Assembly (NCBI GenBank): GCA_964350815.1
Contig: CAYGKW010000001.1
Span: 156,120 to 220,119, forward strand
Origin: an uncultured Rhizobiaceae bacterium
GTDB lineage: Bacteria; Pseudomonadota; Alphaproteobacteria; UBA7879; VGCX01
Reading direction: 5' to 3'
DNA length: 64,000 nucleotides
A program made the translations under genes and the position numbers. This document shows positions 34,510 through 44,200 of the stretch, one piece after another (the first letter of the stretch is position 1; each line of letters opens with the position of its first letter). Below the pieces are notes generated by a model. It searched no databases and had not been told where the DNA came from. It saw only the letters and a list, made by a program, of their open reading frames with translations.

Positions 34510-35620
34510 TGAAAATATTAAAATTATTGAAAAATTAAAGAATTTAAATTATTTCCTTATCATGATGATTTTTGGCCTAAGTCTTCTTGGTTTTTCCCTT
34601 CTTTACTCTGCTGGTGGGGGGTCTTTTCTTCCTTGGGCACAACCACAAATTATAAGATTTTTTGTTGGCTTTACCTTGATGATTTTTGTAGCCGTAATTA
34701 ACATCCGATTTATTTTAAATTATGCGTATGTTTTTTATGGATTTTCTTTCATTTTACTGGTGGCCGTTGAAATTTTCGGAATGGTTGGTATGGGTGCCCA
34801 ACGCTGGATTGACATTGGGTTTATTCGCATTCAACCTTCTGAACTTATGAAAATTGGTCTGGTCCTGGCTTTAGCTTGTTATTATCATCGACTTGGCACT
34901 GAAGAAGTAAGAAGTTTTAAATATTTATTTGTTCCGCTTATTTTAATTTTTGCACCTTCTGTTCTTGTTTTAAAACAACCTGACCTTGGAACAACTCTTT
35001 TATTAATTATGATTGGAATAAGTATTATTTTTGCAGCAGGGGCAAAAGCACGGTATTTTGTTATTGCTGGCTTAACATTTTTAGGGTCTATTCCTTTTGC
35101 CTGGAACTTTTTACATGAATATCAAAAAAATCGGGTACTAACATTCCTTAGCCCTGAAAGTGATCCTTTGGGTGCGGGCTATCACATTATGCAATCCAAA
35201 ATTGCCTTAGGATCCGGGGGATTAACTGGCAAAGGATTTTTAAAAGGAACCCAAAGTCACTTAAACTTTTTACCCGAAAAGCAAACTGACTTTATCTTCA
35301 CAATGTTTTGTGAAGAATTTGGATTAATAGGTGCCCTTGCCTTAATTACTGTTTATATGACTTTGATATTTTATTGTTTAATCATTGCCATCCGTTGTCG
35401 AAACCGCTTTGGTCAGCTTTTGGTTTTTGGAATCACCATGACATTGTTTATTTACGTCTTTATTAATATTGCCATGGTTATTGGCTTGGTACCTGTTGTT
35501 GGTGTTCCTCTGCCTTTGGTCTCTTATGGGGGAACATCTTTAATAACCCTTTTGCTTGGATTCGGTCTTTTGTTAAATGCTGATGTTCACCAAGAATTTA
35601 AATTGCCAAGATATGATTGA
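34502..35620 (+). CDS. rodA: SEDS-family peptidoglycan polymerase RodA
   Basis: 372-aa polytopic FtsW/RodA-family protein that overlaps the mrdA stop. Confidence 0.88.
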   Translation: MYSENIKIIEKLKNLNYFLIMMIFGLSLLGFSLLYSAGGGSFLPWAQPQIIRFFVGFTLMIFVAVINIRFILNYAYVFYGFSFILLVAVEIFGMVGMGAQRWIDIGFIRIQPSELMKIGLVLALACYYHRLGTEEVRSFKYLFVPLILIFAPSVLVLKQPDLGTTLLLIMIGISIIFAAGAKARYFVIAGLTFLGSIPFAWNFLHEYQKNRVLTFLSPESDPLGAGYHIMQSKIALGSGGLTGKGFLKGTQSHLNFLPEKQTDFIFTMFCEEFGLIGALALITVYMTLIFYCLIIAIRCRNRFGQLLVFGITMTLFIYVFINIAMVIGLVPVVGVPLPLVSYGGTSLITLLLGFGLLLNADVHQEFKLPRYD

Positions 35621-35697
35621 TTTTTATCGACATCGTGCTTAAGTTTTGGTAATAATCTAGTAATTTATAGTTAAAGTAAAAATGCTTTTGCTATGAA

Positions 35698-35773
<76 letters not shown>

Positions 35774-35822
35774 CTTAAAATCAAGGACTACAGACGTTCG
35801 TACTATTCTTATAAAACTCTTC

Positions 35823-35842
35823 GGTGCTACCCTGGTGCTACT
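35823..35842 (+). repeat. Inner 20-bp direct repeat GGTGCTACCCTGGTGCTACT (copy 1)
   Basis: Identical 20-mer at 49801..49820, just upstream of the integrase start codon. Each copy sits just inside the att repeats. Possible arm-type or secondary att site. Confidence 0.5.
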
Positions 35843-35889
35843 TTTGGAATATTAAAAAGCTATGCCCAAAAATAAAAGGGATCTTAATT

Positions 35890-36426
35890 ATGAAAAAAAA
35901 CTCAAATAAAATAATCCTTGGAATTCCAGATAATCCAGAAGTTAAGCAAGCTGTAGGAGAACTGGCTATTGCGCATGGAAATATGGAAATGATTTTTATT
36001 TACTGTCTAAAAACTATAGAAGACGTAAAGCCAATACAAGCTATGAAGCAATACAGGAACTCAAGTGGCGAGAAGAAAGGTAAGAAAATTAGTACTAGAG
36101 GAAGAATCACACGTATACTGGATAACAACGTGCCTGAAACTCCTCCTTATAGTGAAGCAAAAGAAAAAATAAATGACTATATAGAAGAATCCTGGAAACT
36201 AACTCATATTAGGGATAGATATCTTCATTGTTTTTGGGGGAAAAGAAATGACTCAGGAAACTGGGAAATAAGCACTGACCACAATATTTGGAAACCATTA
36301 CCTGCTGCCGATGAAATAACAAAACATGCTAAGGAAATTAGTAAATTTTCAGAAGAATTAAACAAAGAAAGACTGAATAAGAATGGAGCGTTCGAATTTA
36401 TAAGAGCGAAATTATCAAAAGCTTGA
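35890..36426 (+). CDS. Hypothetical protein (island cargo)
   Basis: Start reassigned to the ATG at 35890 (MKKNSNKIIL...); the upstream extension runs across the 20-bp repeat. No recognisable motifs. Confidence 0.5.
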   Translation: MKKNSNKIILGIPDNPEVKQAVGELAIAHGNMEMIFIYCLKTIEDVKPIQAMKQYRNSSGEKKGKKISTRGRITRILDNNVPETPPYSEAKEKINDYIEESWKLTHIRDRYLHCFWGKRNDSGNWEISTDHNIWKPLPAADEITKHAKEISKFSEELNKERLNKNGAFEFIRAKLSKA

Positions 36427-36445
36427 TAGTTAATCTTCATTTGTT

Positions 36446-36982
36446 TCAATACAAAAGAGACAACCTTTCAATTTCTTCTTCCATGTTTGATAATATGGAA
36501 GCTCTTAGCCAATCATATTTAGTTTCCCACCACTCAAAATCTTTTATTTTATCAAGTTTTTCGTTTAAACTTTTACTAAAATATTTATTAGAAAAAACTT
36601 TAATTTCATCAAATATTTGTAAACATACCGATTCAAAATTCTTATATTCTTCCTTGTTATGCAATTCAGAAGATAACAATAAAGCATCTATGCCATTTGA
36701 AGATAATCCGCTGCAAACATTAGAAGCAAATTCATTGATTTCAGCAATTCTTTTTTTATTTAAGCGAACCATCGCATTTTTTTGAATAAACAAATCTCTA
36801 GTTTTTTGGAAAACATTTAATTTAATTCTAAACAAGTCTTTTAATCTCTCTTCCTCTCTATATTGTTCTGTTTTAGAATCTGATTTATATCCTATATACA
36901 TAGCAATAATTCCCGTTAATGCAGAAATTATAGAAACTACTAATGTTGTTATTAATATAAAGTTTTTCTGTGAATTTTTCAT
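36446..36982 (-). CDS. Hypothetical membrane-anchored coiled-coil protein (island cargo)
   Basis: 178 aa with an N-terminal TM (FILITTLVVSIISALTGIIAMYIGY) and a charged helical remainder. Convergent with the 35890 gene. Confidence 0.5.
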   Translation of the reverse strand: MKNSQKNFILITTLVVSIISALTGIIAMYIGYKSDSKTEQYREEERLKDLFRIKLNVFQKTRDLFIQKNAMVRLNKKRIAEINEFASNVCSGLSSNGIDALLLSSELHNKEEYKNFESVCLQIFDEIKVFSNKYFSKSLNEKLDKIKDFEWWETKYDWLRASILSNMEEEIERLSLLY

Positions 36983-37075
36983 AAACCTACCTTTTTACTT
37001 TTTAGATTAAATTAATCCCCATTCACATAAATTCAAGTAGGCTAAATAAATTAGCATATTATATAGAAAACTTTT

Positions 37076-37432
37076 TTACCAAAAGTCATCAACAAACTCT
37101 CTATCTTCATAATCAAAGTCGGGGTCCACTTTTGCGTCCCAGCCTCTCTTACGGCCTTTTGCCTTTAGAAAATATAAAAGACTTTTAACACAACCATTTT
37201 CTATATGTTCCCATAGTTTGTTTTCTGCATAATCGACAAGTTTATATTCAACTTCCTTACAAGCCTTCTTAAATGCAAGGTCTCGTTTTTTCCATTGATA
37301 AAAAGTTTCTGCAGAAATATTTAATTCACGGCAAGTTTCATATATCCTGCCACGATTCTTTTCTAAAACCTTTGGGAATAGTTCTTTTTCTTTTTGTTTG
37401 TATGGCAATCTTGTAATTGTATCTGAACTCAT
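37076..37432 (-). CDS. HTH protein resembling a phage terminase small subunit (TerS-like)
   Basis: Start reassigned to MSSDTITRL at 37432. HTH in ETCRELNISAETFYQWKKR, with a C-terminal ...YFLKAKGRKRGWDAK tail like HTH-type TerS proteins. The longer ORF-track extension overlaps the orphan toxin fragment. Confidence 0.4.
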   Translation of the reverse strand: MSSDTITRLPYKQKEKELFPKVLEKNRGRIYETCRELNISAETFYQWKKRDLAFKKACKEVEYKLVDYAENKLWEHIENGCVKSLLYFLKAKGRKRGWDAKVDPDFDYEDREFVDDFW

Positions 37433-37481
37433 AGTCCCTCTCCTTTCTCTCTTTTTAATATTAAACAATAAACCAAGCCAT

Positions 37482-37745
37482 CTAAAAACGAAGAAATTTA
37501 TCAGATTTATCAGATTTCGGAGAAAAAGGGGGTATAAACATGGCCGCAGCAGCACCGCAGGCAGCCCCAACCCATGGATCATCCCAAGATAAAAGCGCCC
37601 CTGTCGCTGCCCCCAATCCTGCATGCAGAATTTTATGATTCCAATAGCCTATAGCTTCATCCCCATACAATCCACCTATGTTGCTGGCCCCATAACTGCC
37701 GGCCGTCGCAGCAACCATAGATAAGATGCCCTGGGGAAGAATGTC
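37482..37745 (-). pseudogene. Orphan fragment of a polymorphic-toxin gene, homologous to an internal Gly/Ala-rich segment of the 2109-aa toxin
   Basis: Peptide ATAGSYGASNIGG..HKILHAGLGAATGALLSWDDPWVGAACGAAAAM matches toxin residues in the ...ATAGSYGASTIGDAYWHGGVGYVGHKVLHAGLGAATGALSSWDNPWVGAASGAAAAM region. Nucleotide identity holds over about 240 bp (compare 39400..39640), then the frame diverges and stops 18 codons later. Confidence 0.6.
37499..37519 (+). repeat. 21-bp direct repeat TATCAGATTTATCAGATTTCG (copy 1, at the 3' end of the orphan fragment)
   Basis: Exact 21-mer also at 44878..44898 (290 bp upstream of the toxin start). Contains an internal 9-mer tandem (ATCAGATTT x2). Confidence 0.6.
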
Positions 37746-37779
37746 TAATTATCTTTTAAAGACTAAAAATAATGGACTG

Positions 37780-38271
37780 TTATTTTTTTCTTAATTCTTC
37801 CAGTTCTTTCATTGCTTCTTCTTCTGACTTCAAGTTATTCATTAATTCATCAAAGTCATTCGCAAGCAAAGAAATTCCATCCCCCTCAACGTGCCAAAAA
37901 ACAATAGGGGGATTATCTGTGTCTGGATTTTCCCTGTAATCAAAACAAAATAAATTTCCTCCACCATCAATACCAAAAGCCACTATGCCTTTGGGAAAAA
38001 ATTCTGGGGGAGCATTTAATATTTCTATAAATTTTTCATAGGGATATGATCGTCCAAACCCCAAAAAACCATCAAAATTGTATATAGAATGGTAGTTTAA
38101 GTTTTTATCGTAATAGCAGCCATAGCTATGTATATCTTCTAAAACTCCTCCATTACAATCTATTTGAGTGTTTATATATAATTCAGGAAAGCTATAGCCG
38201 CATAGTTTTAATTCTTTATTAATTTCTTCAGGATTACCAGAAAAACATTTAGAAAACTTATTTTTCAACAT
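37780..38271 (-). CDS. Immunity protein, SMI1/KNR4 (SUKH-1) family
   Basis: 163 aa. Its start overlaps the toxin stop by 14 nt. SUKH-1 pattern: ..LP/FPELYINTQIDCNGG.. then GIVAFGIDGGGNLFCFDY and PIVFWHVEGDG...LANDFDELMNNL. Confidence 0.6.
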   Translation of the reverse strand: MLKNKFSKCFSGNPEEINKELKLCGYSFPELYINTQIDCNGGVLEDIHSYGCYYDKNLNYHSIYNFDGFLGFGRSYPYEKFIEILNAPPEFFPKGIVAFGIDGGGNLFCFDYRENPDTDNPPIVFWHVEGDGISLLANDFDELMNNLKSEEEAMKELEELRKK

Positions 38272-41200
38272 TAACTTCCCCCCATGTATTCATTCCACCT
38301 TTGTGCCCAGTTTCTCTATGGGGCACTCTTTTCATTAATTGCATTCGGCCTGCTTCTTGATGATGATGCCAAGTATAATTTGGTATTCTAGCTTTACCTT
38401 GTAAAACTGCTTCTAGCTCTGCTACAGTAAATTTTTCACTATTAAACTTACCTTGGCGAATTAGTTGTCTCAAGTGTCTTGTCCCCTCTTTCATATGTGA
38501 AACTGAAATCCCGCTTCTTAAACTCTCCGTCACACGCGTTTCAAAGACCACATGTTCATCAAAAATGGGAAATCCTCTGGCATCAAAAGGCACACCCGTT
38601 GTTGGGTGTCGGCTTCCTGCCAAGTGCGCATTTCTTTCCCCAGCACGCAATAATGTATGTGGATGCACTTCCCTATAATGGCTTTCTAACATCCTTAACA
38701 TTGTACGTGGATTATACGGCCCTCTATCCAAATGGGCAAGGTGTCTTGCCCTTGAAAGTTTCCAAGTATTCCACCCCATATGACCTAATTTTCCAATGCC
38801 ATAAGTCCCATATCCAATTCCCATATCAAAGGCTAACTCTCCAAAAGTATGGGGTAACATTACATCAAGGGTTTGTCCCAAGCTGATATCTGGTACCCTC
38901 ATGGCTGCTTGATGCATGGCTATTCTTTCACTGTATGAAAACCCTGAGTCTCCAACACCACTATAGGCCAAAGCTGCTCTTAGGTTTCGTGTAACTAATG
39001 GAACCTTCTGGGTTAATTCTATTAGAGACCCAACGCCTGGTATAGAAGTTCTGCCAAGCCTTCCTAAAGCAATTCCGCCTGCTTCATATATATCATCAGC
39101 CACATCAACTACATGCATATCCCCCGATTCATCGGTGATCACCTCTTCCATACGAGAGAGCATACTCATTGTATTATTCCGAATCGCGCGGTCGGCTGTG
39201 GCATCAGAGATATAGGGGTTACCGCCGGCATAGGCAGTGCCTAGGACAATGCCCACACGCGTTACCCCTTGGACCCATTCAGCCCGTTGTCTTAATGTGC
39301 TGGAGGGTTCCCGTGCATCCCATAGCTTGACAGGTTTATCATTTCCATAAGCTTTACGGAGTTCTGCTGGACTGCCTATGGCGGCCTCCATCACCATTTC
39401 TGCCGTCATGGCCGCAGCAGCCCCACTAGCGGCACCTACCCAGGGATTATCCCAAGATGAAAGCGCCCCTGTCGCTGCCCCCAATCCTGCATGCAATACT
39501 TTATGGCCAACATATCCAACACCCCCATGCCAATAGGCGTCTCCTATAGTAGATGCCCCATAACTGCCCGCTGTGGCAGAAGCAATGGATAAACCAGCCT
39601 GGGTTAAAATGTCAGATCCACGCCCCCCATGCACTGCCCAATTCACCCCTGTCGATACACCTGTCTGTATCGCTGCCCGCCCTAAATGACCCCCAAAGGT
39701 GGTTGCCCTTGGGATAAAACGTATACCTTCCGCATTCACACTTCCATATGCAGAATGAAGGGCCCCTTGGGTTAATCCCTGAGTTACTGCCTGCAAAGCA
39801 ATGGTTTGTATTAAGTCACGTGTAAAAGGATCTTGGCCATTAATGGCTGAAGTTGCAAGATGACTGATCGCTGCTGCACTTGCCCCTTGGGCTGCACCGG
39901 CCAAGAAGGCACTGCTCCAGGTGGATCCGATACCCCCAGTGGCCAGGCCTGCCGCAATAGCTATACCTACTTGTAATCCAGCTCCTGCTGAGTATTGTGT
40001 GTCAGAATAAGAGTGATGCCTATCAGAGACCCACCTACGCACAATATTACCTGATGCCAGGTCAATACTATTCATATTCATTGGCCGCATACGGGGGTCT
40101 TCAACCAAAATGCCATCAGCAGCAAACCTGACAAAACCATCCGTTGTTACAGCGGGACCATAGGTTGTGGAATCATCTGTTCTGATTTTTGAAGTATTAA
40201 CGGCAAATCCTCTTTCAAAGGTTTGACTCATATGATATCGGCGATCTTGGGGCGCCCTTAAAAATATCTGCGGATATCGCCATTTATGGCGGCCTTCAAA
40301 ATGAACCCCTGTCAGATCTGCATCATCGCCCTCTTCATTTAATTCTCCTTCAAATGAATCACGTACATGTTTTTGTTCTGAATCAATTTCTTCTTTTCTT
40401 TTTCCAGAAAAACCAGATTCCCTAGAGACATGTTTTCTTGTAGTGGTTTGTACTGCTCCTATAGCTCTTAATCTATCTGAATGGAAGGTACCCCTTCCTC
40501 TGGCGCGTGCACCAGCCATTAGTGTTTCGTCGACTTTTATATCAAACTCACCAAGTTTTTTACCTTCTCCCGCAATAGCTGAAGCCCGAACGGGGACATG
40601 CCCCTCTTCATGGGTATCTTCATCTATTTGATACATAGTTGTATAGTACGCAGCCTGCATTGTTAGCCTGGGGGCCCTGGCTTTTAAAGCTTCCTTTCCT
40701 TGCACAGTTCCCCCAACCAGGTGGATTTTATTTCCATAAAATAATTGCAACCTTCTAGCTGAAGTATGTCCTGTGGGGGTTGTATCGATTCTACGGATAA
40801 AGGCCGGCATCATTGTTGGATAACCATCCATCATTTGAATACCCCATAAAATCATTGGTTTATCAACGTGGGAAGGATTAATCATTGACATCGTTGTCAT
40901 AGGATTCATAGGAACCATTCGGGTTTCTTTGACCTCTGCATCCATTAATAAGGACTGAGGTCTTGACATAGGTAACGCCAAATGTCCTTTTTCCATAAAC
41001 GTTTGCGTATTGTTTTCTAAATAGGCTAATAAAGCAGGGGGAGATAATTTACTCACCTCTATATCCGTTCCCACCTGCATCGCCAAAACATGGTCTAACG
41101 CTTCAGGGCTAAGGTACTGTCTTACGGGTCTATCACGTGGAAAGTAAACCCCTGGATGAACAAAAACCATTTGAGGGTTGATGGGTAAACCATACCTTAG

Positions 41201-44200
41201 ACGAATAGGGGCCCGAGGGATCATCACTGGACCTCTTGGATCTGGATTTCTTTTATACAGGACCGAATCTAGTTCAGGCCATGATAGGCGAATACCTCCT
41301 TGCCTACCCTCAGGATCAATATTTTCAGAATAAAAATCATGAGAACCTCTAAAAGTTGCCACCCCTCCTGCCCTAAAACGTCCTGTTTGAATCACCCCAT
41401 CTGCTGAAATTGCAGCATCGCGGCCAACTATTATATCGGCAATGGTAGCGGTTCTGGTTTTTCTATAACAACCATTCTTCCACCCCCCCTTTTGGTGATG
41501 TGAATCAGACTCTATCTCCCTAGTTTCATTTCTAAAAAATCCTGAAGGAGAAACGACTGTACCTGCAACAGCTATTTTTCCAATGATATTCACAATACTA
41601 GAAACATTGCGTACATTTGGCATACGATCTGCAATTAAATCTCTAGCTATTCTTATATGTGACGGCCTAGAGGTTTCGGCATCAAAATAAGCTTTCGTGT
41701 AGGCCCCCTCAAGACCATACTCTTTTCTAAAAATATCATAAATAGTATTTTCAATCTTTCTCACATGGGGATAAGCATTACCATCAACTCTTAAATGAGC
41801 AGCTATTAACTTAAAAAGTACTGATGGAGAAGTCCTATCAAAATGACCCAGCCTCATATTCCCAATGATGTGAACGCTTGCATTGTCAATCAGCATTTGA
41901 TTTCCAAAATAAAACCCTGCTGATCCACTTGTTTGAAGATACGCCCCATTAGGTAAGTAAAACTCAACTGGTCTTTCCCCATCTCTGTGGTGGGTTTTGC
42001 TGCTTAACTTCCCCGTCCCAAGAATAATATCTGTTTTAGACGTTAGAGCCATATCTTGTTCACTGAATAATCGTGCCCATCTTAGATCAAGTAAATGAGC
42101 AGATAGTTCTAGTGGACCTCTTAAGGTATAAACTTCAACCAAATGACCCCCTCGACCAACCCGAAGGGTTTTTGGGGTTGTTAACCTTAATCCATACTCT
42201 CCTTCAACTCTTAAAGGACGTTCGATGATGATATTGCCGTGCGTATCAACATGATATCCATTGGCTTTAAACCGTTCCGGAAGTCTAAAGTCCCCCGTGT
42301 TTTTATTGGTAATCGAAATTGCCCCAGAGGATTGTAATCTGGCACTTTCTAAATCCATCGTATCTGCTTCTAGAACTAATGAAGCTTTGGCTGCCCCTAA
42401 ATCACTTGTTGCTGTTACAAAAGGCATTAAAAAGTGTCTTTCTCTTTCCCATGCTGCATCTTCTCTTGCTTCAGCAATTTCTGCGGCTCTTGCTTCTCTT
42501 ATCAATCTATTTAAGGCATTTGAAAAATCCCTACGTTTTTGCCTCATTTTTTTGCCAGGGGAAAAACATTCTTTATATATTTTCCCAAGGTCAATTCTTT
42601 TAAACATCCCAAGAGTTACCCCTTTACGAGTTAGAGCTCTTTTTACAACCTCCCTCTCTGGGAAAGATAAGTTTGTTAATGGATCAGGGAAAAACACTCT
42701 TTTTAAGGGACGAAGGTCTTTCGTTAAACCAAACCTAAGGCTTGCTGAATTAAGCACTATTCTTGTCGCCTCTATATCACTCCTAATCTTTAAGGCCTCT
42801 TCAATCTCTGCTGTAAACCCTCCCTCTTTTGATAATACCCGACCTTTTAAATCTAATGATTTTGATTCAACCGAGATATCTTTTTCACTTTCAAAACTTG
42901 CGGCCTCACCAGCAAAAACAACACCAACACCAGGGGCCTTTAAATCCACCCCACCCTTGGCAAAAATTGGTTTTTCAAGCCCTAAAGTCCCTAATCCAGA
43001 ATTAACCCTAAGCTGTAAGGCTGAGCTTGTTCTTATCCCTTCTCTTAAATCTGGAAGGGCGTCAAACGTCATATCTAATAATCTTGCCGCACGCAAACGT
43101 TCTGGGTCATAGGCAAAGGCGCCACGGGATCTTATGATAAGGTCTGCCAACTGTAGAGCGGTTCCTTCTGAATCTTTTGAAAGACTAGAGTATTTCCCTT
43201 CCAAATTTCCCTCAGAAAAATCCAATTCGACTTTGCCATCAGAGGCCATAATACCTGTTTTGGCATGGTACAAGCGCCCTTGGGATTTCAATTGAACACC
43301 TAAACGGGCACTTACCAAACCTGCAACAGTTAGGCCTTCTGCCATAGTTGAAAATAATTGATCGCTACGACTAAAGAGTTTGGCTGATTCAGCAACAAGC
43401 AATGATCTCCCTGTTAAATCTAATCTATTTTCTGCCCTTAAATCACCTTCTATACTGAGTACATCGAAATCCATAGAACCGGTATCCGTATCAAGGACAC
43501 CCCCCTTATCGAGGGTTAAAGCTCCTCTCTCTAAAACAAAATGTTTTGCTTTAACAGAACCTGCTATATGTCCTTCACCTGATAATCCAAGCGTGTGATC
43601 AACAGAAGTCTCGACCTCTCCTCGTTGGGCATAAGCGCTTTCCACGGTTTCCGTTAATCTTTCTGCTGTGATTTTTCCATCATTCACATAATGGGCGGAT
43701 AAAATACTTAACCAATTATCAGCATCCATGGTGGATCGGGCATCAATAATACCTGTCTCTCTATTGATAAAATAATCGGTAGCGATTAAAGATTGATGGG
43801 CTTCACCCCCTCCATACACACTCAATTCGCCGGCACTATCAAACCGGCTGCCGTAGGCCATAAATCTTGAAAGGCCATGGACTTCATTTCCCTTGGCCAG
43901 TTTAAATCCAGTAGAAGTCGGCCCGCCTGTCATCACAGCTTCCAAAGCAACAGTCATAAAATCTTGTTCAACACTTAATCCTGGGGCCATAACTTTTAAA
44001 CCAGCTGCAACATAAGCATCTTTATAGCCGGAAAAGGTAACATCTTGGGATAACCTTATGGTAAACCGGGTTTGGCTTTCGTTCAGATTAATAACTTCAA
44101 CCTTACCATCTGGCATTAAAACAAAACTTAATGGAAATTCCGGAATTTTTTCGGTTGAAAGGCTGCATTCCATACCCCCTTTTTTAGGAACAGCCGCAAT

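Noticed and set aside
35824-35889. Upstream extension of the 35890 gene (MLPWCYFWNIKKLCPKIKGILI...)
   Set aside because: The extension reads through the 20-bp direct repeat, starting 7 bp inside the repeat. The ATG at 35890 gives a normal N-terminus.
37433-37624. N-terminal 64-codon extension of the TerS-like ORF
   Set aside because: It overlaps the orphan toxin fragment in another frame. MSSDTITRL at 37432 is the natural start.
42261-43112. 283-aa plus-strand ORF (and a 94-aa neighbour) inside the toxin gene
   Set aside because: It is entirely antisense to the 2109-aa toxin ORF and has low-complexity S/L/A-rich composition, as expected for the reverse frame of a G/S/T-rich repeat region. 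Not called.
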